A stretch of DNA of 64,000 bases from an uncultured Candidatus Saccharibacteria bacterium. GTDB lineage: Bacteria > Patescibacteriota > Minisyncoccia > Phycocordibacterales > SBAW01. The translations under genes and the position numbers were made by a program. Location: positions 190,745 to 254,744 of the forward strand of contig CAZTNI010000002.1 in assembly GCA_964615415.1 (NCBI GenBank). The letters run 5' to 3'. Positions 17,602 to 26,548 of the stretch are shown one piece after another (the stretch's first letter is position 1; each line of letters opens with the position of its first letter). Below the pieces are notes generated by a model that did not search any database, was not told where the DNA came from, and was given only the letters and a program-made list of their open reading frames with translations.

Positions 17602-18381
17602 ATGAAGAAAATTAACTTCGCTGTTGCAGCTGCAACGACTGTCGCTATGCTTTCTGCGGCAACTCCTGCACTCGCATGGAACGGCGGATGGAACTGGAAT
17701 CAGGATGAGAGCGACACAACGATCTCAAACACAAGCACTATCACTGTTTCTAATGTAAACACTGCAGCAGTTACGAATGGCACTGTTGCTGTTTCTAACA
17801 CTGGCGGTAACCAAGCAGTTGGTGGCGAGGGTGCAGAAGGTGGTGATGCAGAGTCTACTGGCGAGGATGCTAATGCAGAAGGCGGAAATGGCGGTAAAGG
17901 CGGAAATGCAGGCGTACAGACCGGCGTAGCAGTATCATCAGCAGGCACTATGAACATGGTCAACACCAACACTGTTGAGGTTGAAGTTGAGGACTGCGGT
18001 TGCGCAGCTGGCGACCTCGAGGACGAGGGTGACACGACTATCACCAACACTGACACTGTCGCTGTTGGTAATGCAAACACAGGTGTTGTTACGAACTTCA
18101 CTATTGCACTTTCAAACACTGGTCTCAACGGCGCACAGGGTGGCGCAGGTGAGGAAGGTGGCGAAGCTACTGCAGAGGGTGAAGAGGACAACAACGGTGG
18201 TTGGGGCTGGTGGAACTGGCACCATGGCAACGACAACGATGACGAAGGTTCTGCTAACGCAGAGGGCGGCAACGGTAATAATGGTGGCGATGCTGTCATT
18301 ATCTCAGGTGACGCAGGCTCAGAGGCAGGCACAATCAACGTTGTTAACACCAACTTTGTTCGTGTAATAAAGGGTTTCTAA
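17602..18381 (+). CDS. Secreted repeat protein. Two ~125-aa repeats carrying the 'NTxxVTN...SNTG...GG(D/E)A...VNTN' motif family.
   Basis: Signal peptide MKKINFAVAAATTVAMLSAATPALA. Repeats TTISNTSTITVSNVNTAAVTNGTVAVSNTGGNQAVGG and TTITNTDTVAVGNANTGVVTNFTIALSNTGLNGAQGG. MNMVNTNTVEV and INVVNTNFVRV. Confidence 0.7.
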   Translation: MKKINFAVAAATTVAMLSAATPALAWNGGWNWNQDESDTTISNTSTITVSNVNTAAVTNGTVAVSNTGGNQAVGGEGAEGGDAESTGEDANAEGGNGGKGGNAGVQTGVAVSSAGTMNMVNTNTVEVEVEDCGCAAGDLEDEGDTTITNTDTVAVGNANTGVVTNFTIALSNTGLNGAQGGAGEEGGEATAEGEEDNNGGWGWWNWHHGNDNDDEGSANAEGGNGNNGGDAVIISGDAGSEAGTINVVNTNFVRVIKGF

Positions 18382-18491
18382 TCAAACCCTGAGCAAGAAG
18401 GGAGGCAACTCCCTCCTTCTCATGAGGTCTTCTTAACACTGGGAGGCTTCAGAGAGGGAATACCGATTTACAAGCTGACTTTATTGGACGT

Positions 18492-21464
18492 ATGACTGAA
18501 CACACACACTTACTTGGGCGACGTGCGATAGTACTTTCGCTCATAGTATCGATGATGCTCTCGAGCTTTGCCCCTGCTTTTTTCGCACATGCAGAAGAAG
18601 AGGCAATACCTCCACAAACAGAAACTATCCCTGAATCTCCTGCGACTGAAACCACCACAGAAGAGCAGACCACCTCTCCTGAAATCACTGTAGAAGATCA
18701 GATTACCTCTCCTGAAACTACCTCCACTCAATCACAAGAAGAAACGACTCAAACAACCCTCTCTGATACTCAGCCAACTACAACTCCTGAGACCCCTGAA
18801 AATCAGGGCGACGCCGTCGTAGACACGGGAGATGCTGCTGCACTTACTGATGCACAAAATACCACCAACACAAACACAGTGGACGTGACTGCAGACACCG
18901 CAACCACAACCATCACTAACACCAATACTGCAAGTACCACCAACGAAGCGGCAGCAGCTGCCTCAACAGGAGACAATACCGCAGCAGGAGGTTCTGCAAC
19001 TGTTACCACAGGAGATGCAATCGCATCAGCAAATGTCATCAACGTTGTTAACACAAACATCATCAACTCGCCGGGCATATTAGCCTTCTTTAATATGCTC
19101 TTTGGTGGCGGATTCGACCTGCGTGGCTTCGACCTTTCTTACTTCTTTGGTGGAGGAGACACCTCAACTACTGGGACCCAAAACAATTGCTCGCTTCTTT
19201 CTTGTGCAAGCGACGAAGGCACACTGCTTGTGTCTAACACCAACGACGCGACTGTAACCAATACGGTGTTGGTGCGTTCAAACACAGGTAGCAATACCGC
19301 TTCTTCAACTGGCGAGGGCGATGCTTCTGTCACTACCGGCGATGCATACGCCTCTGCAAACGTATTCAATTTGGTAAATACCAATCTTATCAACTCAAAC
19401 TATCTCCTTGTTGCACTGAACAACTTTGGCGACATGTTTGGAGACATTACGCTCCCTGGCGCAAGCTTCTTTGAAACATTAATGGGAGGTTCAGGTGCCA
19501 CCAACACATCCATCAACAACAGCAACACTGCTACCGTCACTAACAACACTGCTGCAACTGCAGACAGTGGCAATAACACTGCAACTGGCGGCACGGGAGG
19601 AGATGCTGTAGTCACTACCGGCGACGCGCACTCTGCGGCATCTACCTACAATCAAGTGAATACCAACATGGTGGGCGGGAGTACGGTCTTTTTCCTCATA
19701 AACATTTTTGGTGACTGGGCAGGCAATGTACAAGGCCTTCCAGAAGGGATGACATGGACTCGCACGCCAACAGGTATTGCTCTTATGAATGAAAGTGGGG
19801 GAGGCGGCACAGTAACTGAATCCCTCTCAACCCTAGGCGTTTCCAATACCAATACAGCAAACGTAACAAACAACGTGCAGGCATGGGCATTGACCGGCGC
19901 AAACAAAGCAGAGAGTACTGGTGACGGCGACGCAGACATTGAAACAGGTGATGCATACGCGTCAACAAACGTGGTCAACATGGTGAACACAAACGTTATT
20001 GGTAAAAATTGGATCTTTGCCATCTTTAACATATTTGGCAACTGGAGCGGCAATTTGTCTTTCGGCAAACCTGACTTGTGGATCGGTGCAGTTGCAGAAA
20101 CTCCTAATCCAACACTGCCTGGCTCTGCGATGAAGTACCACTTTACCGTCTCGAACCGCGGCGACGCAGATGCAACAGGAGTAAAACTTAAGGCAGAATT
20201 CCTAAAAACGCTCATCAAGTTTAATGAGGGCAACCCGATCGACGCTGGTATGCAGTGGGACCTTGGCACTATCAAAAAAGGAGAGACAAGGGAATTTGTC
20301 TACAGCGCAAACGCAGGCCTTATCCCTGACGGCACCACTGCTTCAGCCGACCTCACCGCTTCTGTTTCCAGCGCCGAAACGGACAACAATAGCATCGACA
20401 ATACTGAAAAACTGTCTGTATTGGTCCAGAGTCCTATTCAGACAACAGGAAGCGCACCTATAGGCAAATGGACCACTGATCCACACCTGCAGATGACTAA
20501 AAAAGTGAGCGTTGCAACAACTACAGTTCCTGCCAGTGTCGACTACGAAGTAACGATCCGCAATACGGGCGGTGCTGCATACAACGTAACGCTTACCGAC
20601 ACACTTACCGATCCCAAGGGAGGCACGGTGTACAAGCGCGCATGGAAACTCAACACTATTGGTGAAAACGAAGAGATCTCTCTCACCTATTCAGTAGAAT
20701 ACAAAGGAGACCTTCCGCTCGGTAAGTATAAAAATACTGCGCAGCTTAAAGGCCAGAAGGGTAATTCTTCGGCTGTGTATGCCGTCGACATGCAGAAGGT
20801 GACCGCTAATGCAACAATTGAACTTGTTGCTGGTGGAGAAGTGCTTGGTGCAGCAACTTCAAAAGTTGCAGCCCCAGCGCCAGCGTGCGCAGCATTCATC
20901 ACTTCATACATCTCACCAAACGGGACCAATAGCTCTGTCCAGGTACGCCGACTTCAATACTTCCTCCGCGACTTCCAGAACGAACTTCTTACGCCAAACG
21001 GTATATATGACGAGGCAACCATTGAAGCTGTAAAACGCTTCCAGGAAAAATACGCCGGAGATGTACTTATGCCATGGGGTATGTCGGACCCAAGCGGCGT
21101 CGTGTACTACACAACACAACAAAAAATTAACGAGCTGTACTGCCAGGGTATGAAAAAGTTCCCCCTCTCAAAAACTCAACAGCAACACATCTTCGCGTAT
21201 GCTCAAAAAAATGTACCGCTCGCCACAGCTCCTGCAACCACAACTCAAAAGTGGTCAGATGCTATTGAACAGTTCTTTGTAACGCAGCCTGTGTCCCCGG
21301 CAGTATTGCTTCCTGTACCAAAAGTAGCTACGCCGGATGTACAAGAGAGCACATCTGTTGGATTCTTTGGATTTAACCTTGGATTCTTCTCACTATTTAG
21401 TAAACTGTTTGCACTGTCGCCCCTGTACTTCGACATTCCTCACGCAGAGGCAGCAGGTAAGTAA
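18492..21464 (+). CDS. Large 990-aa surface protein: four VNTN/TTGDA repeats, a DUF11-like region, a C-terminal PG_binding_1-like domain and a hydrophobic tail
   Basis: Repeats such as VTTGDAIASANVINVVNTNIINS, VTTGDAYASANVFNLVNTNLINS, VTTGDAHSAASTYNQVNTNMVGG, IETGDAYASTNVVNMVNTNVIGK. DUF11-like KYHFTVSNRGDADATGVKL and YEVTIRNTGGAAYNVTLTDTL. PG-binding VQVRRLQYFLRDFQNELLTPNGIYDEATIEAVKRFQEKY. Confidence 0.8.
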   Translation: MTEHTHLLGRRAIVLSLIVSMMLSSFAPAFFAHAEEEAIPPQTETIPESPATETTTEEQTTSPEITVEDQITSPETTSTQSQEETTQTTLSDTQPTTTPETPENQGDAVVDTGDAAALTDAQNTTNTNTVDVTADTATTTITNTNTASTTNEAAAAASTGDNTAAGGSATVTTGDAIASANVINVVNTNIINSPGILAFFNMLFGGGFDLRGFDLSYFFGGGDTSTTGTQNNCSLLSCASDEGTLLVSNTNDATVTNTVLVRSNTGSNTASSTGEGDASVTTGDAYASANVFNLVNTNLINSNYLLVALNNFGDMFGDITLPGASFFETLMGGSGATNTSINNSNTATVTNNTAATADSGNNTATGGTGGDAVVTTGDAHSAASTYNQVNTNMVGGSTVFFLINIFGDWAGNVQGLPEGMTWTRTPTGIALMNESGGGGTVTESLSTLGVSNTNTANVTNNVQAWALTGANKAESTGDGDADIETGDAYASTNVVNMVNTNVIGKNWIFAIFNIFGNWSGNLSFGKPDLWIGAVAETPNPTLPGSAMKYHFTVSNRGDADATGVKLKAEFLKTLIKFNEGNPIDAGMQWDLGTIKKGETREFVYSANAGLIPDGTTASADLTASVSSAETDNNSIDNTEKLSVLVQSPIQTTGSAPIGKWTTDPHLQMTKKVSVATTTVPASVDYEVTIRNTGGAAYNVTLTDTLTDPKGGTVYKRAWKLNTIGENEEISLTYSVEYKGDLPLGKYKNTAQLKGQKGNSSAVYAVDMQKVTANATIELVAGGEVLGAATSKVAAPAPACAAFITSYISPNGTNSSVQVRRLQYFLRDFQNELLTPNGIYDEATIEAVKRFQEKYAGDVLMPWGMSDPSGVVYYTTQQKINELYCQGMKKFPLSKTQQQHIFAYAQKNVPLATAPATTTQKWSDAIEQFFVTQPVSPAVLLPVPKVATPDVQESTSVGFFGFNLGFFSLFSKLFALSPLYFDIPHAEAAGK

Positions 21465-21466
21465 CC

Positions 21467-21919
21467 ATGGATACGCTTGGAAGCTTTATCACGGGATTGG
21501 TCATTTCAGCCACCGCTTCAGCAACTGCAGTGACTGGAGGAGCGCATGCTACAGGGGGAGAGCAGGTTACAACCGGAGACAGTTATAGTTCAGTACGAGT
21601 AGAAAATGTTATACACGCAACGAACGGAGGAGGCACGTCGTATACAAAAGTAGAAACAAACACCAACGGACACATTCAGACCGAGGAAAAAACGGAAACA
21701 TTTCCTCCCAGTTCTCACAGTTCAGTGCGAGTTCATGTAGCAACGTCTACTATTGCAAGCACTACAAAGTTGGTGGCAAGCTCTTCAGTTACGCTCGATG
21801 TAATAAGTACTACTGCGTCTTCGTCATCTACTGAGACGCAGAACCTACGAGCACGAATTGCAGAACGAGTTGCAAAGTTATTTGGACAGATATGGGGTTG
21901 GTTTTCATTTACACGGTAA
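21467..21919 (+). CDS. Small secreted protein sharing the TTGD-x-YSS...NV...TNGG motif with the two upstream repeat proteins
   Basis: Starts 3 nt after the upstream stop. GGEQVTTGDSYSSVRVENVIHATNGGG echoes the repeat core. Confidence 0.55.
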   Translation: MDTLGSFITGLVISATASATAVTGGAHATGGEQVTTGDSYSSVRVENVIHATNGGGTSYTKVETNTNGHIQTEEKTETFPPSSHSSVRVHVATSTIASTTKLVASSSVTLDVISTTASSSSTETQNLRARIAERVAKLFGQIWGWFSFTR

Positions 21920-21939
21920 TTACTCACACAACTTCAGAT

Positions 21940-24198
21940 ATGGATCGTAAAAAGATTTTTTCCGGTTTGACCGCGCTCGCACTTACAGTCACCTGTTTTA
22001 CATCAACACCTGCACACGCTGCAGGTCCTAACCTCATACAAAACCCTTCCTTTGAAACCGGAAGCGACGCAACTGCTACTAACTGGACTACGAACAGTTT
22101 TGGTTCAAGTACCGTCGCGTTTAGCATTTCGACCAGTTCAGTACACACTGGTGTGCGTGCTGCCACAATAGACGTCAGCAACTACACCAATGGCGACGCA
22201 AAATGGGTGCACGAACCAGTTACTGTTACTCCAGGCAGCTACTACACAATGAGTTTGTGGTACAAGTCGAGTGTTCAAAGTGCGCTGTACGCCCGCTACA
22301 ACAATAGTGACGTCGATGGCACATCAACAGGATTTCACTGGCTTGCAGACATACCTGCAAGTGACGCATGGACCGAGTACACCGGCAGCATAACTATTCC
22401 TGCAGGTGTAACAGCGATTCAACTTATCCAAACACTAGAGAGTAACGGTTCACTTACTATCGACGATTATTCTCTGACACTCGAAGAAGCACCTACGTTT
22501 AGCGAAGGGCGCGTCACATTTACCTTTGATGATGGTTGGCAGTCTATTTACGACAATGCCCGCCCTATTCTAAACGCAGCCGGAATTCGCACTACTCAGT
22601 ACGTTTACAGTGATGCAATGAACCAGGTGCACGGTCCTATTTACATGACTGCACCAGAACTACTAGAAATGCAGGCAGAGGGTCACGATATTGATGCCCA
22701 CTCTCGCTCACACGCAGACCTCACCACACTCAGCGGATCAGCACTCACGAATGAGATAGGAGGGTCACGCTCAGACCTTATCGCAGCAGGATTCTCTCCT
22801 GTAGACTCATACGCATACCCGTATGGCGCCTACAACAGCGACATACGACAACAAATGATTGACGCTGGTTTTCTTGGAGCACGCACCGTAGACGAAGGCT
22901 ACAATTACGCAGACTCTGACAAGTACACCCTTAAAATTCAGCATGTCACTAACACCACTTCAGCCAGCACCATTAAAGGCTGGATTGATACTGCGCGCAG
23001 CGAAAAATCATGGCTCATTTTGATGTTCCATGAAATTAGAACCGCATCGACAACTTGTGCTGGTGATGATGTAACGGAATGTGCTACTACGGACGTGCTT
23101 CAAGAAGTCGCTTCCTATGTAACTGCGCCTGCCACAGAGATCTGTATACTCACCATGTCCGAAGCGCTCAACAATGTGGCATGTGGCTCGACATCGACCC
23201 CAACAAATCAGGCACCTGTTGTGGCAAATCCAATTCCAGATCAAGACGCCACAGAGGATACATTGTTTAGCCACACCTTCTCGCCAGACACGTTTACCGA
23301 TGCAGACAACGATCCTCTGACCTACACCGCAACAACGCCCCTATGGCTTTCGTTTGACGCGTCTACCCGCACCTTTACCGGCACACCAACAAATGCTGAC
23401 GTAGGAATTCACGCCGTAACAGTTACCGCCACAGACACTACCAATGCTTCAACCACCGACTCATTTACTGTGACTGTTGCAAACAGTAATGGCGCTCCGA
23501 CTATTGCTACAGCAGCATTCAGTATTCCTGAAAATAGTGTGACAGGCACTGTGGTAGGGACCACCACTGCGAACGATAGCGACACAGGCGATACGCTTAC
23601 CTACGAGATAGTGTCCGGAAACACCAGTGGTGCATTTTCTCTCGATGCTACAACTGGCACAATTACCGTTGCACAGTCTTCAGCACTCGACTTTGAAACT
23701 TCTCCCGCGTTCACGTTGGTTATCAAGGTAACCGACAGCAGCAGTCTGTCGGCACAAGCTACAACAACCATTACTCTTACCGATGTTGCAGAAAATACTC
23801 CTAACCCAGACCCTACACCAACTCCACAACCATCCTCTGGCGGGGGCAACGGAGGAGGCGGAGGAGGAGGTGTCGTGCTTGGCCTTATTGGACAGGTAGT
23901 AACCAACCTCAACAATACTGTTCCCACTATCACAACCAACGGAGTTGTGCTCGGTACATCGACACAAAACTTCCTCTTTACAAAACCTCTATATTGGGGT
24001 ATGTATGGAGAGGACGTCGTAGAGCTTCATAAAATCCTTATTTCGCAAGGGTATTTGAAGATCTCTGCGCCAACAGGTTACTTCGGTCCGTTAACGTTTG
24101 CAGCAGTAAAACTGTATCAGCAAGCGCACGGGATCGACATGGTCGGCGTGGTAGGTCCTATTACACGGGCCTCCCTTAACAGTTCTTTCGGTCAATAA
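21940..24198 (+). CDS. Secreted multidomain protein: CBM-like beta-sandwich, CE4 polysaccharide deacetylase (NodB) domain, two cadherin/dystroglycan-like Ig domains, P/T and poly-Gly linker, C-terminal PG_binding_1-like domain
   Basis: Signal peptide. NodB motifs TFTFDDGW, HSRSHADL, AYPYGAY. CADG-like ...DADNDPLTYTATTPLWLSFDASTRTFTGTP. Cadherin-like ...DSDTGDTLTYEIVSGNTSGAFSLDATTGTITV. PG-binding YGEDVVELHKILISQGYL...FGPLTFAAVKLYQ. Confidence 0.8.
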   Translation: MDRKKIFSGLTALALTVTCFTSTPAHAAGPNLIQNPSFETGSDATATNWTTNSFGSSTVAFSISTSSVHTGVRAATIDVSNYTNGDAKWVHEPVTVTPGSYYTMSLWYKSSVQSALYARYNNSDVDGTSTGFHWLADIPASDAWTEYTGSITIPAGVTAIQLIQTLESNGSLTIDDYSLTLEEAPTFSEGRVTFTFDDGWQSIYDNARPILNAAGIRTTQYVYSDAMNQVHGPIYMTAPELLEMQAEGHDIDAHSRSHADLTTLSGSALTNEIGGSRSDLIAAGFSPVDSYAYPYGAYNSDIRQQMIDAGFLGARTVDEGYNYADSDKYTLKIQHVTNTTSASTIKGWIDTARSEKSWLILMFHEIRTASTTCAGDDVTECATTDVLQEVASYVTAPATEICILTMSEALNNVACGSTSTPTNQAPVVANPIPDQDATEDTLFSHTFSPDTFTDADNDPLTYTATTPLWLSFDASTRTFTGTPTNADVGIHAVTVTATDTTNASTTDSFTVTVANSNGAPTIATAAFSIPENSVTGTVVGTTTANDSDTGDTLTYEIVSGNTSGAFSLDATTGTITVAQSSALDFETSPAFTLVIKVTDSSSLSAQATTTITLTDVAENTPNPDPTPTPQPSSGGGNGGGGGGGVVLGLIGQVVTNLNNTVPTITTNGVVLGTSTQNFLFTKPLYWGMYGEDVVELHKILISQGYLKISAPTGYFGPLTFAAVKLYQQAHGIDMVGVVGPITRASLNSSFGQ

Positions 24199-24213
24199 AC
24201 AGGAGAAAGTTGG

Positions 24214-24441
24214 ATGCATGACGAGGCCAACAACGTCCAGGAGGTATTTGCTCCGGACGAACTCGAGCCTGGACGGCTCCCGGGGACCCAGCGTCCTACG
24301 CGGGCAGCCCTGAAAAAGAGGGGGGTGGACTTCTACGAAGGTGGAGGCCATAGCCGGGAACCCAATTTTGATTCAGGAATCGGGGGCGGGGGTCGAAAAT
24401 CGAAGTCTTTCGACCCTTCATTTGGCCAACCCAAAACCTAA
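24214..24441 (+). CDS. Possible small Gly-rich disordered protein. Low confidence; may be non-coding.
   Basis: AGGAGA Shine-Dalgarno 8 nt upstream of the ATG. Strong terminator immediately downstream. Sequence is low-complexity (GGGHS...GIGGGGRKSK). Confidence 0.2.
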   Translation: MHDEANNVQEVFAPDELEPGRLPGTQRPTRAALKKRGVDFYEGGGHSREPNFDSGIGGGGRKSKSFDPSFGQPKT

Positions 24442-24450
24442 ATCACACAC

Positions 24451-24482
24451 GACGCGCATACCCTGCGCGTCGTTTTCTTTTG
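24451..24482 (+). terminator. Rho-independent terminator
   Basis: GACGCGCAtacccTGCGCGTCgttttctttt. 8-bp GC stem plus T-run. Confidence 0.7.
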
Positions 24483-24595
24483 ACAAATAGATATTCGCAC
24501 AGTGTAAGTCACGCACGGTAATCAACATACACGACTCCCACCAAACACTGCGGTATACTGGCACTATTACAAAGTAACTGAAACGCAAGGCCGAT

Positions 24596-26548
24596 ATGGT
24601 GGGAAGAATGTATGGAAGTATTGTATACGTAGCATTTATTAGTCTTTTGTACTGTCTATCCCTGCCAGTAGCATCTGCAGCACCCAACCTCGTACCAAAT
24701 GGCGACTTTGAGGTAGTGTCAAGCAGCGCTTCTATCCCACAACACTGGACGAGCAACTATTGGGGCTCACTGCGTGCAACATTTACCTACCCAGTAACAG
24801 GAAATCCGGGCAAAGCTGCAAAAGTAACTGTCAGCAATCGAACTTCTGGTGACGCAAAATGGGTATCCCCGGAAGTGCCAGCCGCTCCTGGAGAAAAATA
24901 CATCTATAGCAACACGTATCTATCCAGCATACAGACGGAGGTAACCGTGCAGTTTAAAATGTCGAATGGTTCTTACAAATACGTATGGTTGGGGAGTGTG
25001 CCGGCAAGTTCGAACTGGAAGACGTATAGCGGCACCCTCACGGTGCCAAGCGGAGCAGTTGCATTCACTGTCTTCCACCTTATAAACCGCAACGGCTCTC
25101 TTTCTATCGATAACGTGTCTGTTACAAATTCAGCCTCAACACCTCCGCCTCCTCCGACACCCACCCCAGTACCCACCTGCACACTTACAGCAACTCCTGA
25201 CACTATCGAAAAAGGACAGCAGTCGGTATTGACCTGGACCACACAATACGCCAGCTCAACCTCGATTGATAACGGGGTTATTGCTACCGCAACGACAAGC
25301 GGTTCCGCAAACGTCTCTCCATCATCAACAACACTCTACACATTGCACGCTACGGGCGCAGGCGGCACAGTCCAGTGCACCAAAACAGTGACGGTGACCG
25401 ACCCTGTGCCACCACCACCGCCACCAACTAACAACCTTATCAACAACGGTGATCTTGAAACAGCGTCCAGTAACGCGTCATTGCCGGTGGGATGGAACAC
25501 CAATTATTGGGGTTCGTTGCGAGCCACTTTTTCATACCCAAGCACAGGTGCTAGTGGAGGAAAAGCAGCAAAAGTAACGGTTGCAAACTATCAATCCGGT
25601 GATGCTAAGTGGTGGTTTACTCATATTCCCGCATCAAGCAACACGTTGTACCGTTACACCAACACATATACCGCAACAGCACCTTCCAACATAACGGTTG
25701 AATTTAAGATGCAAGATGGCAGCCACCAGTACATGTGGCTCTCTGACGCACCCGCTCAAAGCAGCTGGACGCCATTTACCGCGCAAATTACCGTGCCCGC
25801 AGGCGCAGTATCATTTACCGTGTTCCACTCGCTCGCACGAAATGGCTCACTTACGATCGACAATGTCTCAGTAACTGCCTTGTCACAGAGTTCATTCGCA
25901 GAGCCTATGGTTTCCTTTGTGTTCGATGACGCACTTGCAAGTCAATACAGCAACGCACGATCAATTCTTAATACCGCTGGTTTCAAAGGAGTATTCTCGG
26001 TCATTACGCAGTTTGCAGGCAGCGCTCCGTACATGACATGGAACAATCTCACCACTCTTAAAAACGAAGGTCACGAAGTGAATAGTCATACGCGCACTCA
26101 TGCAGACTTAACCACTCTTGCTGCAGCCAGTCTCCAGAGCGAAATACAAGGCTCATATGACGACCTTATTGCGCGCGGATTTGCTCCTAAAACACTCGTA
26201 TATCCGTACGGAGGCACAAGTCCTGCAGTGAAACAAGTAGTGCAAGATGCTGGGTATCTGGGCGCACGCGGGAGCTACTATGGGTTTAATGCGCCAGTGA
26301 CCGACCGTTATGCACTCTACGATATCCGTCTTGATAAAACCTCCACACTCAGTGGCACAAAAGCAGTTATAGACCAAGTAATTGCAAACAAGCGCTGGCT
26401 CGTATTTGAACTTCACGATATCTTGCCAAGCGGCGGCGATGAATACACCATTACGCCAACACTCCTACAATCAATCGTGTCGTATCTTAAAGAAAAAGGG
26501 GTAAAAGTAGTGACGCTTGAAGAGGGGGTAGGGCTTATGACGCCGTAG
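24596..26548 (+). CDS. Secreted protein with two tandem CBM-like beta-sandwich domains and a CE4 polysaccharide deacetylase domain. Paralog of the N-terminal half of the 21940 gene.
   Basis: Repeated PNLVPNGDFE.../NLINNGDLE...WxxNYWGSLRATF(T/S)YP modules. NodB motifs FVFDDALAS, HTRTHADL, VYPYGG. Confidence 0.8.
   Translation: MVGRMYGSIVYVAFISLLYCLSLPVASAAPNLVPNGDFEVVSSSASIPQHWTSNYWGSLRATFTYPVTGNPGKAAKVTVSNRTSGDAKWVSPEVPAAPGEKYIYSNTYLSSIQTEVTVQFKMSNGSYKYVWLGSVPASSNWKTYSGTLTVPSGAVAFTVFHLINRNGSLSIDNVSVTNSASTPPPPPTPTPVPTCTLTATPDTIEKGQQSVLTWTTQYASSTSIDNGVIATATTSGSANVSPSSTTLYTLHATGAGGTVQCTKTVTVTDPVPPPPPPTNNLINNGDLETASSNASLPVGWNTNYWGSLRATFSYPSTGASGGKAAKVTVANYQSGDAKWWFTHIPASSNTLYRYTNTYTATAPSNITVEFKMQDGSHQYMWLSDAPAQSSWTPFTAQITVPAGAVSFTVFHSLARNGSLTIDNVSVTALSQSSFAEPMVSFVFDDALASQYSNARSILNTAGFKGVFSVITQFAGSAPYMTWNNLTTLKNEGHEVNSHTRTHADLTTLAAASLQSEIQGSYDDLIARGFAPKTLVYPYGGTSPAVKQVVQDAGYLGARGSYYGFNAPVTDRYALYDIRLDKTSTLSGTKAVIDQVIANKRWLVFELHDILPSGGDEYTITPTLLQSIVSYLKEKGVKVVTLEEGVGLMTP

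Noticed and set aside
18397-18420. Apparent hairpin terminator after the 17602..18381 gene
   Set aside because: On checking, the two arms (GAAGGGAGG / CCCTCCTTC) are mirror-like purine and pyrimidine tracts, not a true inverted repeat. Two or more mismatches in a 9-bp stem.
17700-20275. Several long antisense ORFs (17700..18353, 18803..19078, 19652..20275) inside the repeat-protein genes
   Set aside because: Low-complexity A/S/P/V-rich translations, typical of reading Thr/Asn/Gly-rich repeat DNA on the opposite strand.
24199-24450. Possible tmRNA or RNase P RNA in the 24.2-24.5 kb intergenic region
   Set aside because: Looked for the tmRNA tRNA-like ends (GGGG...UUCGAC, T-arm plus CCA-adjacent acceptor) and a tag ORF ending in ...AA-stop. 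Also looked for RNase P motifs (GGAAAGUCCGGGCUCC, ACAGAACCCGGCUUA). Only weak partial resemblances. Left as an unclassified structured region.
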